IMG/VR virus record: IMGVR_UViG_3300044613_000708
Location: 1-25,690 of that record
Direction: 5' to 3' (one strand)
Source: a virus
Lineage: Duplodnaviria; Caudoviricetes
DNA length: 25,690 nucleotides
Positions 7,183-15,729 of this stretch are shown piece by piece. The first letter of the stretch is position 1. Each line of letters opens with the position of its first letter. The translations under genes were made by a program, and so were the position numbers. The notes below the pieces were generated by a model. The model saw nothing but the letters and a program-made list of their open reading frames with translations. It made no database searches and had not been told where the DNA came from.

Positions 7183-7460
7183 ATGGTGTCCAAGTGGATG
7201 TGTAATCCTATCGCCTTTTTCAAGCCCTCTGCTGAAGGTTTGAAGGTGTCAAGGTAGATAGTATCAAATGAGTTGATTCGTTTAATGAGCGTGTCTCTTA
7301 CAAGTTTCTCCCTCTCCACGATTCTCTCGTGCATCTCTACATTTATCGGTCGTTCAATGCGGACTGGTCTTTCTAAATTGAAGAAAGCCACAACCACGCT
7401 ACACAGGAACAACGCAAGTATTAAATAGATAAGGAGTGTTGACTTGGAAGTTGATTGCAT
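7179..7460 (-). CDS. membrane-anchored protein; inner-membrane spanin-like candidate
   Basis: TM segment LLIYLILALFLCSVVVAFF followed by a charged helix (ERIVEREKLVRDT). Start moved to ATG 7460. Confidence 0.5.
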   Translation of the reverse strand: MQSTSKSTLLIYLILALFLCSVVVAFFNLERPVRIERPINVEMHERIVEREKLVRDTLIKRINSFDTIYLDTFKPSAEGLKKAIGLHIHLDTI

Positions 7461-7839
7461 ATCCTGAAAGAATGTCGGTTTTGGCATCGTAGAAAGGTGA
7501 AGCGTTGGAAGTAACTACCAATTCAAAGTCCTCGTCATCTTGTGTGTTGTCATCAATCAAAGCAAATACATCTGCAATGATTTGTGCGGTGTCCGAAAGT
7601 ACCTCAATAACATTGCTCTCACTTTCAAACACACGATCCATCACAAGCAGAGCAAAGTTGTATGTCATCAAGTTCCCAGTTGTGGAAAGATTAAACCCAT
7701 CAGGATACAACCAAACCAACGGATAGTATTCAACATTCTCAACCGTCATATTTGACTGCTGACCAACGCCAAACTTGTGAACCATCTTATGGCTTTCGGC
7801 TGCCGTTTGAATCTTTTGAATTATTTGGTTTAGTGTCAT
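7399..7839 (-). CDS. putative tail terminator/completion protein
   Basis: 146-aa acidic beta-rich ORF (YPLVW..., SGYAINFQV) directly after the connector gene. Call rests on position and size. Confidence 0.5.
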   Translation of the reverse strand: MTLNQIIQKIQTAAESHKMVHKFGVGQQSNMTVENVEYYPLVWLYPDGFNLSTTGNLMTYNFALLVMDRVFESESNVIEVLSDTAQIIADVFALIDDNTQDDEDFELVVTSNASPFYDAKTDILSGYAINFQVNTPYLFNTCVVPV

Positions 7840-7883
7840 TCTTGAGAAATTTGAGAAGTTTGGCTTCGTTGTTTTTTTGCCAC

Positions 7884-8444
7884 TTATTTGTCCGTGTCGG
7901 GGAAGTCATAGTTCGAGAAACAATCTTGAGATGTTGGAAGATAAATACCACCGACAAAAGCGGTGTTCTTTGGACGGATTGTATCAAATGTACTGCCGGG
8001 ATTTAAGAACAAAGGATAATCATTGGTGTATGTGCGGAGATAATCCCTCAATCTGTTGGCATAGTATTCCGCTTTGTCACGGTATCTGCCTTCAATCATT
8101 GTCATCTCTTCCACGGATACGGCACGAGCGTTGTCACTCTCTCTTGATGCAACCGATTTGTTCATCAGTTTGAAAGTCATTGGAAGCATTGCTTCGGTCA
8201 ATGTGTAGTATTTCAAACAGGGTGCAATGTACGAATCCAAAAGGGTGACATTCAAGGCAGTCAAAGTGTTTGCATACGCTTGTGTCTGCAATTCATTGTA
8301 TATGCCCGAACCGATGACATCCCGAATATAAATCTCTTGAGCTTCTTTGATTGCTGACTTGAGCAATTTGTCGTCAACATTCTCATTCAAAGGAGTGTTG
8401 TCCTTGAGATAGGTTGTGCTTATGAAATATACAAAGTTGGTCAT
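7884..8444 (-). CDS. putative head-tail connector/adaptor protein
   Basis: 186 aa with ATGA overlap with the portal. N.DDKLL..AI.EAQ..YI..VIG..Y..L pattern. Confidence 0.6.
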   Translation of the reverse strand: MTNFVYFISTTYLKDNTPLNENVDDKLLKSAIKEAQEIYIRDVIGSGIYNELQTQAYANTLTALNVTLLDSYIAPCLKYYTLTEAMLPMTFKLMNKSVASRESDNARAVSVEEMTMIEGRYRDKAEYYANRLRDYLRTYTNDYPLFLNPGSTFDTIRPKNTAFVGGIYLPTSQDCFSNYDFPDTDK

Positions 8445-10321
8445 CGTTTAATTCTCCTCAATAATTTTTGAACCCAAATGTGTCTGCATTGTGGTGTGTT
8501 GACATCAAGTGTTGGATTGTGATACCAACCACCTCTGCGTTTCCACACATCATATCCCAACTCCGATGACATCATATTGATGTCCTCACGAGAATACACA
8601 CGACCACTATTGACAACATCCGTGCAGAACTTACGAGATGTATCAATCAAAAGTCCTCCGCTGATTCCCGGTGCAAGTCCGTATTGATAGCGAACCACCA
8701 ATTCAGTTTGAAGATTTTTGATTTCTTCCAATCCTTTTGGGGTTGTTTCCAATCCGTCCTCGTATGACTTAACCAATTCCGCTTTGGCAAGTTTGGCAAT
8801 CGCATCGGCAACAACCCTTGCGTCAAGTTTGGTGATGTTTACAATGTCTCCAACCTGTAACCCTTTGTTCTCTTTCAACACATTCAAGATGGCAGATTCA
8901 ATCGCATCGGCAAACTCAAACTTCGCCTCCTCAAACTCTTCGGCTTTCTCTCCGTACTTATTGAATACAACAAGGTCACGCTCATCATCCCAACCGAATG
9001 GGTTTTGTTTTGACAAGGCAACTGGTGCTGCTGATGGCAATGAATCTCCTCCAGCGATAGGCGGAAGGTTTGCCAATTGTCTCTTCTCGTTGATTGTCAT
9101 ATTTGACAATACATTGTTTGCAACCAAAGGACTCAAAGCATTGATGGCATCGTTCAAAGAAGATTGCTGAACATCGGTAATCAATGGAAGCCCAAGTTCT
9201 TTCCGTGCTTCTTCGTTTGTAATTACACCAGCGGTGAACAATGACTGATAGTCCAATCCGATTGGTGGCTTGTTGATGGTCTCTAATCTTACCTGTGCAA
9301 TAGGTTCAAGCAAGTACGAGAACACATCATCAATCTTTTGTTGGCGTGGTTCAATGTAGGCGTGATGAAACATCTCATATGCTTCAATCAATTCCGTTCT
9401 GCCACCCAACTGACCTTCTACACGCACCCCAAACAACATTGGAGAGTTGACCTTGTGTGCAACAAATATCTCTTGTTGAACGGTCTTATTCAGCAAATCA
9501 AATTGCTTGTCAAAATCCGATGGTTGAAGGTTGGAAATAATTGATTCCTTCTCGGTCGGATCGTTGTATTGGATAATTAAACCACCGGCATTGTCCGTTC
9601 CTTGATAGTTCTCCTTGAATCGTCTTGCAGTTGCACGAGCTTCTTCAGGTGTTGGGATTCCCTTGAACAACTGGATGTGAGTTTGTGCCGTGAATCCGTT
9701 CTTGATGCTATTCAAGTAGTAATTGGAAATCTCGGTATCAACCTCAATATATTTCAACGCCCCTACATAATCGGGAAGCGGATAAGTGCCTTCACCGGGA
9801 CGATAGAACTGACAATAGTACAATTGCTTTGATTCTCTTGTGATGGGGTTGTAGGGTTGATAAGATATGCGTGGTGCTTTTGCATCACTCCAATCTTCAC
9901 AATAGATGTATTCACCTTCCAAACCTTTGCGTACATCCTTGAATGGGATGTGATAGTATTCGCTTGGTGCGGTCTTGGCTTTGTTCCAAATAACCTCAAC
10001 ACAAAACCCATTGAACAACTCGGCATCGTATGCAATCTTTGCTTTGAGTTCCTCGTAGGTCTCATAGGCGTTGATGTTCTTTAGTTTGGCTTCGGCTTTG
10101 GCGATGTCGGTGGTGTTTTGTCCGAAAACATCAGTACCAATACCAGCAATATAAGAAGCTTTTGCAGAAACGATGGCATTGTGCTTGGGTGATTTGTTAA
10201 ATAACTCTACGAGAAAATCGGGATAGAGATTGTCTGCTCCGAAAGTCACGAACCCCTTTGCCTTGTTCTCCTTGAACACAGGCAGTTTGTTGTCGTGAAA
10301 ATTAATCCTTTGGAATATCAT
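8441..10321 (-). CDS. portal protein with C-terminal winged-helix and minor-head (MuF-like) extensions
   Basis: Portal-like motifs FGADNLYP, YPLPDY.GAL, NSIKNGF, G.DNAG, IFVAHKV.SPMLFG, NEEARKELGL. C-terminal SRKFC...GGWY...CRH.W. Start moved to ATG 10321. Confidence 0.85.
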   Translation of the reverse strand: MIFQRINFHDNKLPVFKENKAKGFVTFGADNLYPDFLVELFNKSPKHNAIVSAKASYIAGIGTDVFGQNTTDIAKAEAKLKNINAYETYEELKAKIAYDAELFNGFCVEVIWNKAKTAPSEYYHIPFKDVRKGLEGEYIYCEDWSDAKAPRISYQPYNPITRESKQLYYCQFYRPGEGTYPLPDYVGALKYIEVDTEISNYYLNSIKNGFTAQTHIQLFKGIPTPEEARATARRFKENYQGTDNAGGLIIQYNDPTEKESIISNLQPSDFDKQFDLLNKTVQQEIFVAHKVNSPMLFGVRVEGQLGGRTELIEAYEMFHHAYIEPRQQKIDDVFSYLLEPIAQVRLETINKPPIGLDYQSLFTAGVITNEEARKELGLPLITDVQQSSLNDAINALSPLVANNVLSNMTINEKRQLANLPPIAGGDSLPSAAPVALSKQNPFGWDDERDLVVFNKYGEKAEEFEEAKFEFADAIESAILNVLKENKGLQVGDIVNITKLDARVVADAIAKLAKAELVKSYEDGLETTPKGLEEIKNLQTELVVRYQYGLAPGISGGLLIDTSRKFCTDVVNSGRVYSREDINMMSSELGYDVWKRRGGWYHNPTLDVNTPQCRHIWVQKLLRRIKR

Positions 10322-10338
10322 CGTAATCAAATAGCAAC

Positions 10339-10947
10339 TTAAAGTGATTGCAACATAGATACCAAATCAGGGTGCGGATAGACATCAATTTTGTCTGCAC
10401 GAACCGAGTTGTGAGTGAACACTCCATTCTTTCCGCTCAAAGCTCTTTTGGTAACTTGCCAAATGTCCTCGTGATATGTCAAGTCAATGTTATACTTCTC
10501 ACGCCACAATAACAACAACTCTTTGGTTGATGCAATTTGCTCTTTCGTGTAGTTCTCAAAATAGGTAAATCCTTTGTATGGCTTCTCAAGTTTGCATACA
10601 TCCTTGACCTCCTTGCCGACATAGTTGTAGAACTTGCCGTTCTTCTCTACCAAGTAACCCCAATTACAAATCTCAATGCCGATGGATGTCTTGTCAAGTT
10701 TGATGAATGGTAACCCTTTGAAGTGTGCAGATTTCAAACCCAAGTGGAACGCCCAATGTTTAGATGAGAACCCTTGCACGATTTCACCTGACCGACTTAT
10801 CGCAACACAGGTTGCGATGTTTACTGGATCGGCATCCCAAAACTTGAAGGTTGCCACTCCGTCACCACCACCAGCGGTGTGATGCAAATAGATTTGTGAT
10901 TTCGGTGACTCTTCTTTGTAGTAACCGTTGAATTTAACTTGTTTCAT
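10339..10947 (-). CDS. endolysin, N-acetylmuramoyl-L-alanine amidase (Amidase_2 type)
   Basis: IYLHHTAG, WAFHLG, SIGIEIC, THNSVRADKID zinc-amidase motifs. Start moved to ATG 10947. Confidence 0.9.
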   Translation of the reverse strand: MKQVKFNGYYKEESPKSQIYLHHTAGGGDGVATFKFWDADPVNIATCVAISRSGEIVQGFSSKHWAFHLGLKSAHFKGLPFIKLDKTSIGIEICNWGYLVEKNGKFYNYVGKEVKDVCKLEKPYKGFTYFENYTKEQIASTKELLLLWREKYNIDLTYHEDIWQVTKRALSGKNGVFTHNSVRADKIDVYPHPDLVSMLQSL

Positions 10948-11143
10948 CCGTGAAGAAGTTTGTGATAAACTTGCCGAGTCCACCACATATGCCAATGATA
11001 AGCATCAACTTGGGATGGTCAATGTTTAACCCGGCAACAAACAACGATCCCGCAGCGATGGAATCTCCAAGCACACGGAATCTTTTTGGTGTTGGTTCAA
11101 AGTAGGATTTGAAACTTATCCTTGTCCTCTTTTGGGTTTCCAC
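10934..11143 (-). CDS. holin candidate
   Basis: 69 aa with two hydrophobic segments, overlapping the endolysin start. Confidence 0.55.
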   Translation of the reverse strand: METQKRTRISFKSYFEPTPKRFRVLGDSIAAGSLFVAGLNIDHPKLMLIIGICGGLGKFITNFFTDETS

Positions 11144-11232
11144 GATTTGTGTTTGTTAATATGCTTTGTGTGTCTGCGGAGTTTGTTCTTTGGCTTTGCC
11201 CTAAACGCTACCGAGTTAGTTGCCTTTGCCAT
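11116..11232 (-). CDS. 38-aa highly basic peptide (MAKATNSVAFRAKPKNKLRRHTKHINKHKSWKPKRGQG)
   Basis: Manually translated. Bridges 11216..11407 and 10934..11143. The RGQG ending resembles a recurrent phage micro-protein. Confidence 0.65.
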   Translation of the reverse strand: MAKATNSVAFRAKPKNKLRRHTKHINKHKSWKPKRGQG

Positions 11233-11407
11233 CTATCCTCTTGATTTTCTTGTGGTAATATACCACAGCCAACACGCCCGATATAATACCAAGAATCCCC
11301 ACGCAAAAAGTAACAATTGGCTGATAAGTTTGCGTGAAAGTGATGAGAGCTGAACTGCCTGAAATAGCAGTTGCAATGACCGCACTTGTATCATTAAAGT
11401 TTTTCAT
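11216..11407 (-). CDS. small membrane protein (holin/antiholin candidate)
   Basis: TM segment IVTFCVGILGIISGVLAVVYY with a basic C-terminal tail, in the lysis cassette. Confidence 0.55.
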   Translation of the reverse strand: MKNFNDTSAVIATAISGSSALITFTQTYQPIVTFCVGILGIISGVLAVVYYHKKIKRIDGKGN

Positions 11408-11774
11408 CGGGAATTACACAATAGGGTGAGTCAGGAAACTTCTTGCAATATGCTTGTAAATACAAATTGTCATCCCCGCTGAAAGTGTGTATTCCCATCG
11501 GTTCTGGGAAAACCTCAAACGGGGCAAAACTTGCGGGGGGTTCTGAATAAAACAAAATATCAACCGCCCATTTGTCGCTTAAAACTGCGGGGGTTACAAC
11601 CTCCATCCCGTCATAAACTGCGGGGGTAATTGGTAAAAATCCCAACTCTACAACTGCACAATCTACAAAAGATTGAACTGGCTCACCATCGGGGTTGGTT
11701 GTGGTTTGTTCTATAAGTTTGCGAAGTGTTGCCCATTTGGTGGGGGTGAACTCGTATTTATTGAAGGTCATCAT
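11394..11774 (-). CDS. hypothetical protein downstream of tail fibre (possible fibre accessory)
   Basis: 126 aa abutting the fibre stop codon, with an internal TPAV repeat. Confidence 0.7.
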   Translation of the reverse strand: MMTFNKYEFTPTKWATLRKLIEQTTTNPDGEPVQSFVDCAVVELGFLPITPAVYDGMEVVTPAVLSDKWAVDILFYSEPPASFAPFEVFPEPMGIHTFSGDDNLYLQAYCKKFPDSPYCVIPDEKL

Positions 11775-13460
11775 TTAGATAGTTGTTAAGGACGCAAGTT
11801 CTGCGTTTGTTAGGCGGGTTGGGAATATGGCGACTTGGTTAACTTTTTGTTGACCTTGGTAATTAGAAGAATAATACTGCAAACCAAATGTATTATATCC
11901 GCTTGGCGTTCCGCTCGTGTCAGTTCCGACTTGTACGCCATCAACATAGAAAACAAAATCGTCTGTTGCGTAAGCGATTGCGCATTTATGACGACCAACA
12001 GTTAATCCCGCCTTAGTTATACTTACAATTGACGAGGTGGTATATTCTGCATAAACTAAATTACCATTTGAGTATAATTCCATATAACGCTCACCCGCCC
12101 CAACATCTTTCATATACCATAAAACGGGGTCATTTGTTTGTGCTGAAATTGTGTCAACGGTAAAATCAAAAAACACACTTCCACTCGTCTGCCCAATCAA
12201 CGAACTAATACCCGTTTTGCTACAAGCATCCGCCACCCTTGTTGCGCTTGATGATGTGGTGGGGATGTAGGAGGTGGGGTATGATGAGGCTTCGAGTTGT
12301 GCGCCGTAAACAAAAATCCCGCTTCCAATAGTTCCAGCGTAATTGTATGTGTTATTTGCCGTTGCGGTTAAATAATTAATATACCAAGTTGCGGCGGTTG
12401 CCGTAAATGTTAAATTGCATCTATACCACCCGTTCCCAAAATTTTCAATTGATGCAGAATACCCGCTTGAAACATTTCCTACAACCCCGTTTTCTAAATC
12501 AAAAAACGCGCCGACATCCGCAGAGGTTGTGGCAATCAAAAAAATCCATTTTCTTTCAGAGGCTTTTGCAAAAACACTTAATGTGTAAGTTGTTGCGCTT
12601 AATGTAAAACCTTTATTTATGTAATGTGTGGTTGTGCTTGTCGTATTTTCGGCGATTTTATCCGCATCTTGTGTGCCATCGGGTGATGTTGTTGCGTTTG
12701 CCGTTATTGTTGCCCCACCTTTTGACCAATACGCATTTCCAAAATCTTGCGAATAATTTACCAAATTCGTACTCTGCTTTTCCAACAACAAAGAAGGACA
12801 CCCCCCGCCCCCATTTTGGTAGGTAAGGCGTGGAACATTTAGGCGGTCGGTAGTTGGGAAATAGGGTTTGGCGGTTGTTGAAACGCTCAATTGAAATCCC
12901 CAAACTAAAATATACGCGCTTGATGTCAACGCTTCCAATGTATTCAATCCATTACGCCCACTACCCGCTAAACTTGTAACCAATCCATTAATTTCGTAGC
13001 GTGTCCATGTGGTTGTAACCGTGATGTTTTGAGATGCCGTACTCGCATTGTTTAGAAATAATTGAATGGTTTTTGTTCCCGTATTTGTTCGCAACCATAC
13101 GCTTAAATTCATTTGCGTATTTTCTTGGGCGTTGTTTTGTCGCAATTGGTAGCCATCGGAAACCGCTTCCATTTTTGATGCGGTCATTGTGCCATTTGGT
13201 GCTTCTGCAAAATTGTCCGTCATCGTTGGCTTTCCATTGCCACCACCAAGCCAAGCCGCATTTGTAAATTGTTCCGAATAGGTACACAAATTCCACGGGC
13301 AAACCTCAACCAATCCCGCGCTATTGATGCGCGTTCCGTTGGATGCTCGTGTGAATGACAAATCGCCGCTGCCGTTGGTGGGAATTTGAGAATATACAAC
13401 ATCCTCTTTGTATCCGCTAGGAATCATCACTAGCGATGCTTGACTCAATAGATTGCTCAT
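11775..13460 (-). CDS. tail fibre / receptor-binding protein with two tandem carbohydrate-binding-like repeats and a C-terminal LamG/ConA-like domain
   Basis: FTRAS..TR.N..GL, two NL..YS..F.NA.W...P.GT..A.K...GxQL...Y.PTT repeats, and HK.AI.Y....FYVDG...RLTNAELA.LT. Confidence 0.8.
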   Translation of the reverse strand: MSNLLSQASLVMIPSGYKEDVVYSQIPTNGSGDLSFTRASNGTRINSAGLVEVCPWNLCTYSEQFTNAAWLGGGNGKPTMTDNFAEAPNGTMTASKMEAVSDGYQLRQNNAQENTQMNLSVWLRTNTGTKTIQLFLNNASTASQNITVTTTWTRYEINGLVTSLAGSGRNGLNTLEALTSSAYILVWGFQLSVSTTAKPYFPTTDRLNVPRLTYQNGGGGCPSLLLEKQSTNLVNYSQDFGNAYWSKGGATITANATTSPDGTQDADKIAENTTSTTTHYINKGFTLSATTYTLSVFAKASERKWIFLIATTSADVGAFFDLENGVVGNVSSGYSASIENFGNGWYRCNLTFTATAATWYINYLTATANNTYNYAGTIGSGIFVYGAQLEASSYPTSYIPTTSSSATRVADACSKTGISSLIGQTSGSVFFDFTVDTISAQTNDPVLWYMKDVGAGERYMELYSNGNLVYAEYTTSSIVSITKAGLTVGRHKCAIAYATDDFVFYVDGVQVGTDTSGTPSGYNTFGLQYYSSNYQGQQKVNQVAIFPTRLTNAELASLTTI

Positions 13461-13603
13461 AAGTTGTTCAGTTTACGCAATAGACAAGAGATACCTTCAT
13501 AATAGCCACCATCGGTTGTGATTCGTGCCTTGTAACCTTGCACAATGTCCCATCCTTGTCCTTTGTATAGGCGACTTCGTGTGCCAATTCCGATGCCTAT
13601 CAT
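13457..13603 (-). CDS. 48-aa virion-associated peptide (MIGIGIGTRSRLYKGQGWDIVQGYKARITTDGGYYEGISCLLRKLNNL)
   Basis: Manually translated. Fills the gap exactly, with an ATGA overlap with the fibre gene. Confidence 0.7.
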   Translation of the reverse strand: MIGIGIGTRSRLYKGQGWDIVQGYKARITTDGGYYEGISCLLRKLNNL

Positions 13604-13604
13604 T

Positions 13605-13865
13605 TTAATAACCGATTACCGATCCTGAAGAGATGATGAACCCTGTGATTTTTGAAGAACCACCAGCGGGAAGATACGCACCTTGTTGCAAAGTGACTGC
13701 ACTCAATCCTCGTGCTGAAAGTACATTTGTACCGTCAACGGAAAAAGATGTGAACACGGTGTCCTCTTGAACCACAAGAGCTGAATAACCGACTGCGGTC
13801 ACAGTTCCAGTTGCGTGATACTTGAATCCATCGCCACCAGCGATGATGCTTGTTGAATTGCTCAT
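13605..13865 (-). CDS. small beta-rich structural protein
   Basis: 86 aa, G/S/T-rich, ending SSGSVIGY, within the virion module. Confidence 0.7.
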   Translation of the reverse strand: MSNSTSIIAGGDGFKYHATGTVTAVGYSALVVQEDTVFTSFSVDGTNVLSARGLSAVTLQQGAYLPAGGSSKITGFIISSGSVIGY

Positions 13866-14191
13866 TGTATGTAGATTTTTTCGTTTAGTGTTGGGTTGTA
13901 TTCATTCTCGGTGAATGACTTTTGTACTTTCAAAAGACCTGTCTCACACAACACGCCTCCAGCAGTAGAAACACTATATTCGTGTTCTCCTTCCAAAAGG
14001 GTTGCAGTAGTGCCTTCAATGAACTGAAATTGATTGTATCGCTCGGTGTGAGCAGATATGTCCGTCAATGTTCTTGTGACGATGGTCTCGGTTTGGCGAT
14101 GAGTAAATGTAAACACATAGGATGCAGCACTTGCCTTCTCCGTCAATGTTAAATACCAATTCTTTGTCTGCCCTTTGTTAATTACCAACAT
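13862..14191 (-). CDS. putative virion structural protein (Ig-like/adaptor)
   Basis: 109-aa beta-rich ORF ending ETGLLKV...Y, preceded by the GCTATTT motif. Confidence 0.65.
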   Translation of the reverse strand: MLVINKGQTKNWYLTLTEKASAASYVFTFTHRQTETIVTRTLTDISAHTERYNQFQFIEGTTATLLEGEHEYSVSTAGGVLCETGLLKVQKSFTENEYNPTLNEKIYIQ

Positions 14192-14224
14192 CTATACAAA
14201 ATAGCGATGCGAAATTTATGTAAC

Positions 14225-14251
14225 AAAAAAGGGAGAGCAATTGCCCTCCCT
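14225..14251 (-). terminator. Rho-independent terminator after the tail tube gene
   Basis: Minus strand: AGGGAGGGC-AATT-GCTCTCCCT-TTTTT, a hairpin with one G-U pair plus a U tract. Confidence 0.85.
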
Positions 14252-14277
14252 CTTTCTCCTATGAAAACACGAATCAA

Positions 14278-14784
14278 TTAGATACCTAAACTGGTAACAA
14301 CTGATGCCTGTAATTTGTAAGGGGCTTCCGCTTCAATCGCTGACAAGGTAACCTCATATCCATTTGAATCACCCATCGCAGTACCGGTGTTGGCAACCAT
14401 AGCGGTCACATCACATCCGTACTCCTTACCGACCAAGAAATACTCATCGTTATTGTTTCTCACGATGCAGAAACATCTGCCTTGTGCCAACAATTTCATT
14501 TCATTTCTTTTGGTGGTTGACAATCTGCGAAGTTTGAAAGCAACATCCGACTGATTGAAGGATGTGCCATTCTCAACACTCACATTTGTGGTGATTACCA
14601 TTGATCCAGTTGCTTTTGGAAGTTCGTAAGTATACACGCTACCACTTGCAACGCTTGTTGCGGTAACTTCTCCACTTGCAACGGTGAATCCTGAAGTTGC
14701 CCAGTTAATCAAGTGGATGCTTTTGATGCCACCTACTGCATCTTTGCAGTCAAGGGCGAATCCTGAAGTAAGTAAACAAGGCAT
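14278..14784 (-). CDS. major tail (tube) protein
   Basis: C.L..G..L.CKD.VGGIK, ENGT.F.Q, G...GD.NGY.VTL...E. 168 aa directly after the capsid gene. Confidence 0.7.
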   Translation of the reverse strand: MPCLLTSGFALDCKDAVGGIKSIHLINWATSGFTVASGEVTATSVASGSVYTYELPKATGSMVITTNVSVENGTSFNQSDVAFKLRRLSTTKRNEMKLLAQGRCFCIVRNNNDEYFLVGKEYGCDVTAMVANTGTAMGDSNGYEVTLSAIEAEAPYKLQASVVTSLGI

Positions 14785-14795
14785 ATCTTAATGGA

Positions 14796-15725
14796 TTAAA
14801 GGGTGAAGTAAACGATTTCTCCGGGGAAAGCAACCTGAACACCAGCTTTGAAAGTGAAACGAACTCGTACTTCATCGTTGTCAATGCTGTACCACATCTT
14901 CACTTCTTCTTGCTCGTCAATCAAGTCCGTACCCATAAAGAAGTTGCTCAATGAACCAGCAACGATTTTGTTAGTTCCGTTCAAACCACCTACGGCAATC
15001 AACTTCATATTTGTACCGGGGTAAACCATTTCCATAGTTTGTGCAGCATCTGCAACATAATGGAACAAGTTTGCATTCTTCAAGTTAACCAACATCAACT
15101 TGTAAGCATCAATTCCCAAGAAGCAAACCAAGTCATCCTTCTCTGCAACGGCAGCGGGGATGTTAGCGTACACTTGATCCAAGATGTCATCAATGTTTGC
15201 AGCGGTGATAGAAGCAAAAGCAGTTGGTGCAGAGTTAGCCAATACTGGAGAAGCAGCAGCGATGATTTTGTTGAAACCATCAAAACGGCTCAAGTTAGGG
15301 TTACCACTTGCGGTGTCACCTTGCCACAATGCAGTTTCCAAAGTTTGTGCAATAACGGCAGCTTTTTCAGCACCGACTTGCTCTTCAAAAGGAATCATTG
15401 TTGGTGAACCGGGCATAATTTGGGTTTGCATCCATTTGGCTTCCAAAGTTTTTGGACACAAAGTTTCTTCAACTTTTACTGCACCAACGGTGATATTGCG
15501 TTGAGTGAAGGCAGTTGTTCCACTTGGATTGTAACCACAACCATCGGCTTGGAAGAAAACGGTTGAAGCAAGAATGTTCAAAGCAGATGCTGATTTAACA
15601 CCTACCTGAACTTGGTTAGCAGATTGCAAAGTTGAAGAAGTTTTGCTTCCGAACAATGCTTTAACCAACAAATCAGTTGACTGTTCGTTGGTGTAGTTAG
15701 CGAGTGATCCTACTGAAAATGACAT
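14796..15725 (-). CDS. major capsid protein
   Basis: 309 aa with LCPK.LE..W, E..LWQGD, FDGF.K, G.DL..E motifs. Follows the protease and scaffold genes. Confidence 0.85.
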   Translation of the reverse strand: MSFSVGSLANYTNEQSTDLLVKALFGSKTSSTLQSANQVQVGVKSASALNILASTVFFQADGCGYNPSGTTAFTQRNITVGAVKVEETLCPKTLEAKWMQTQIMPGSPTMIPFEEQVGAEKAAVIAQTLETALWQGDTASGNPNLSRFDGFNKIIAAASPVLANSAPTAFASITAANIDDILDQVYANIPAAVAEKDDLVCFLGIDAYKLMLVNLKNANLFHYVADAAQTMEMVYPGTNMKLIAVGGLNGTNKIVAGSLSNFFMGTDLIDEQEEVKMWYSIDNDEVRVRFTFKAGVQVAFPGEIVYFTL

Positions 15726-15729
15726 AGTT

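Noticed and set aside
11582-11627. 13-bp direct repeat AAACTGCGGGGGT
   Set aside because: It simply encodes the TPAV peptide twice within the protein.
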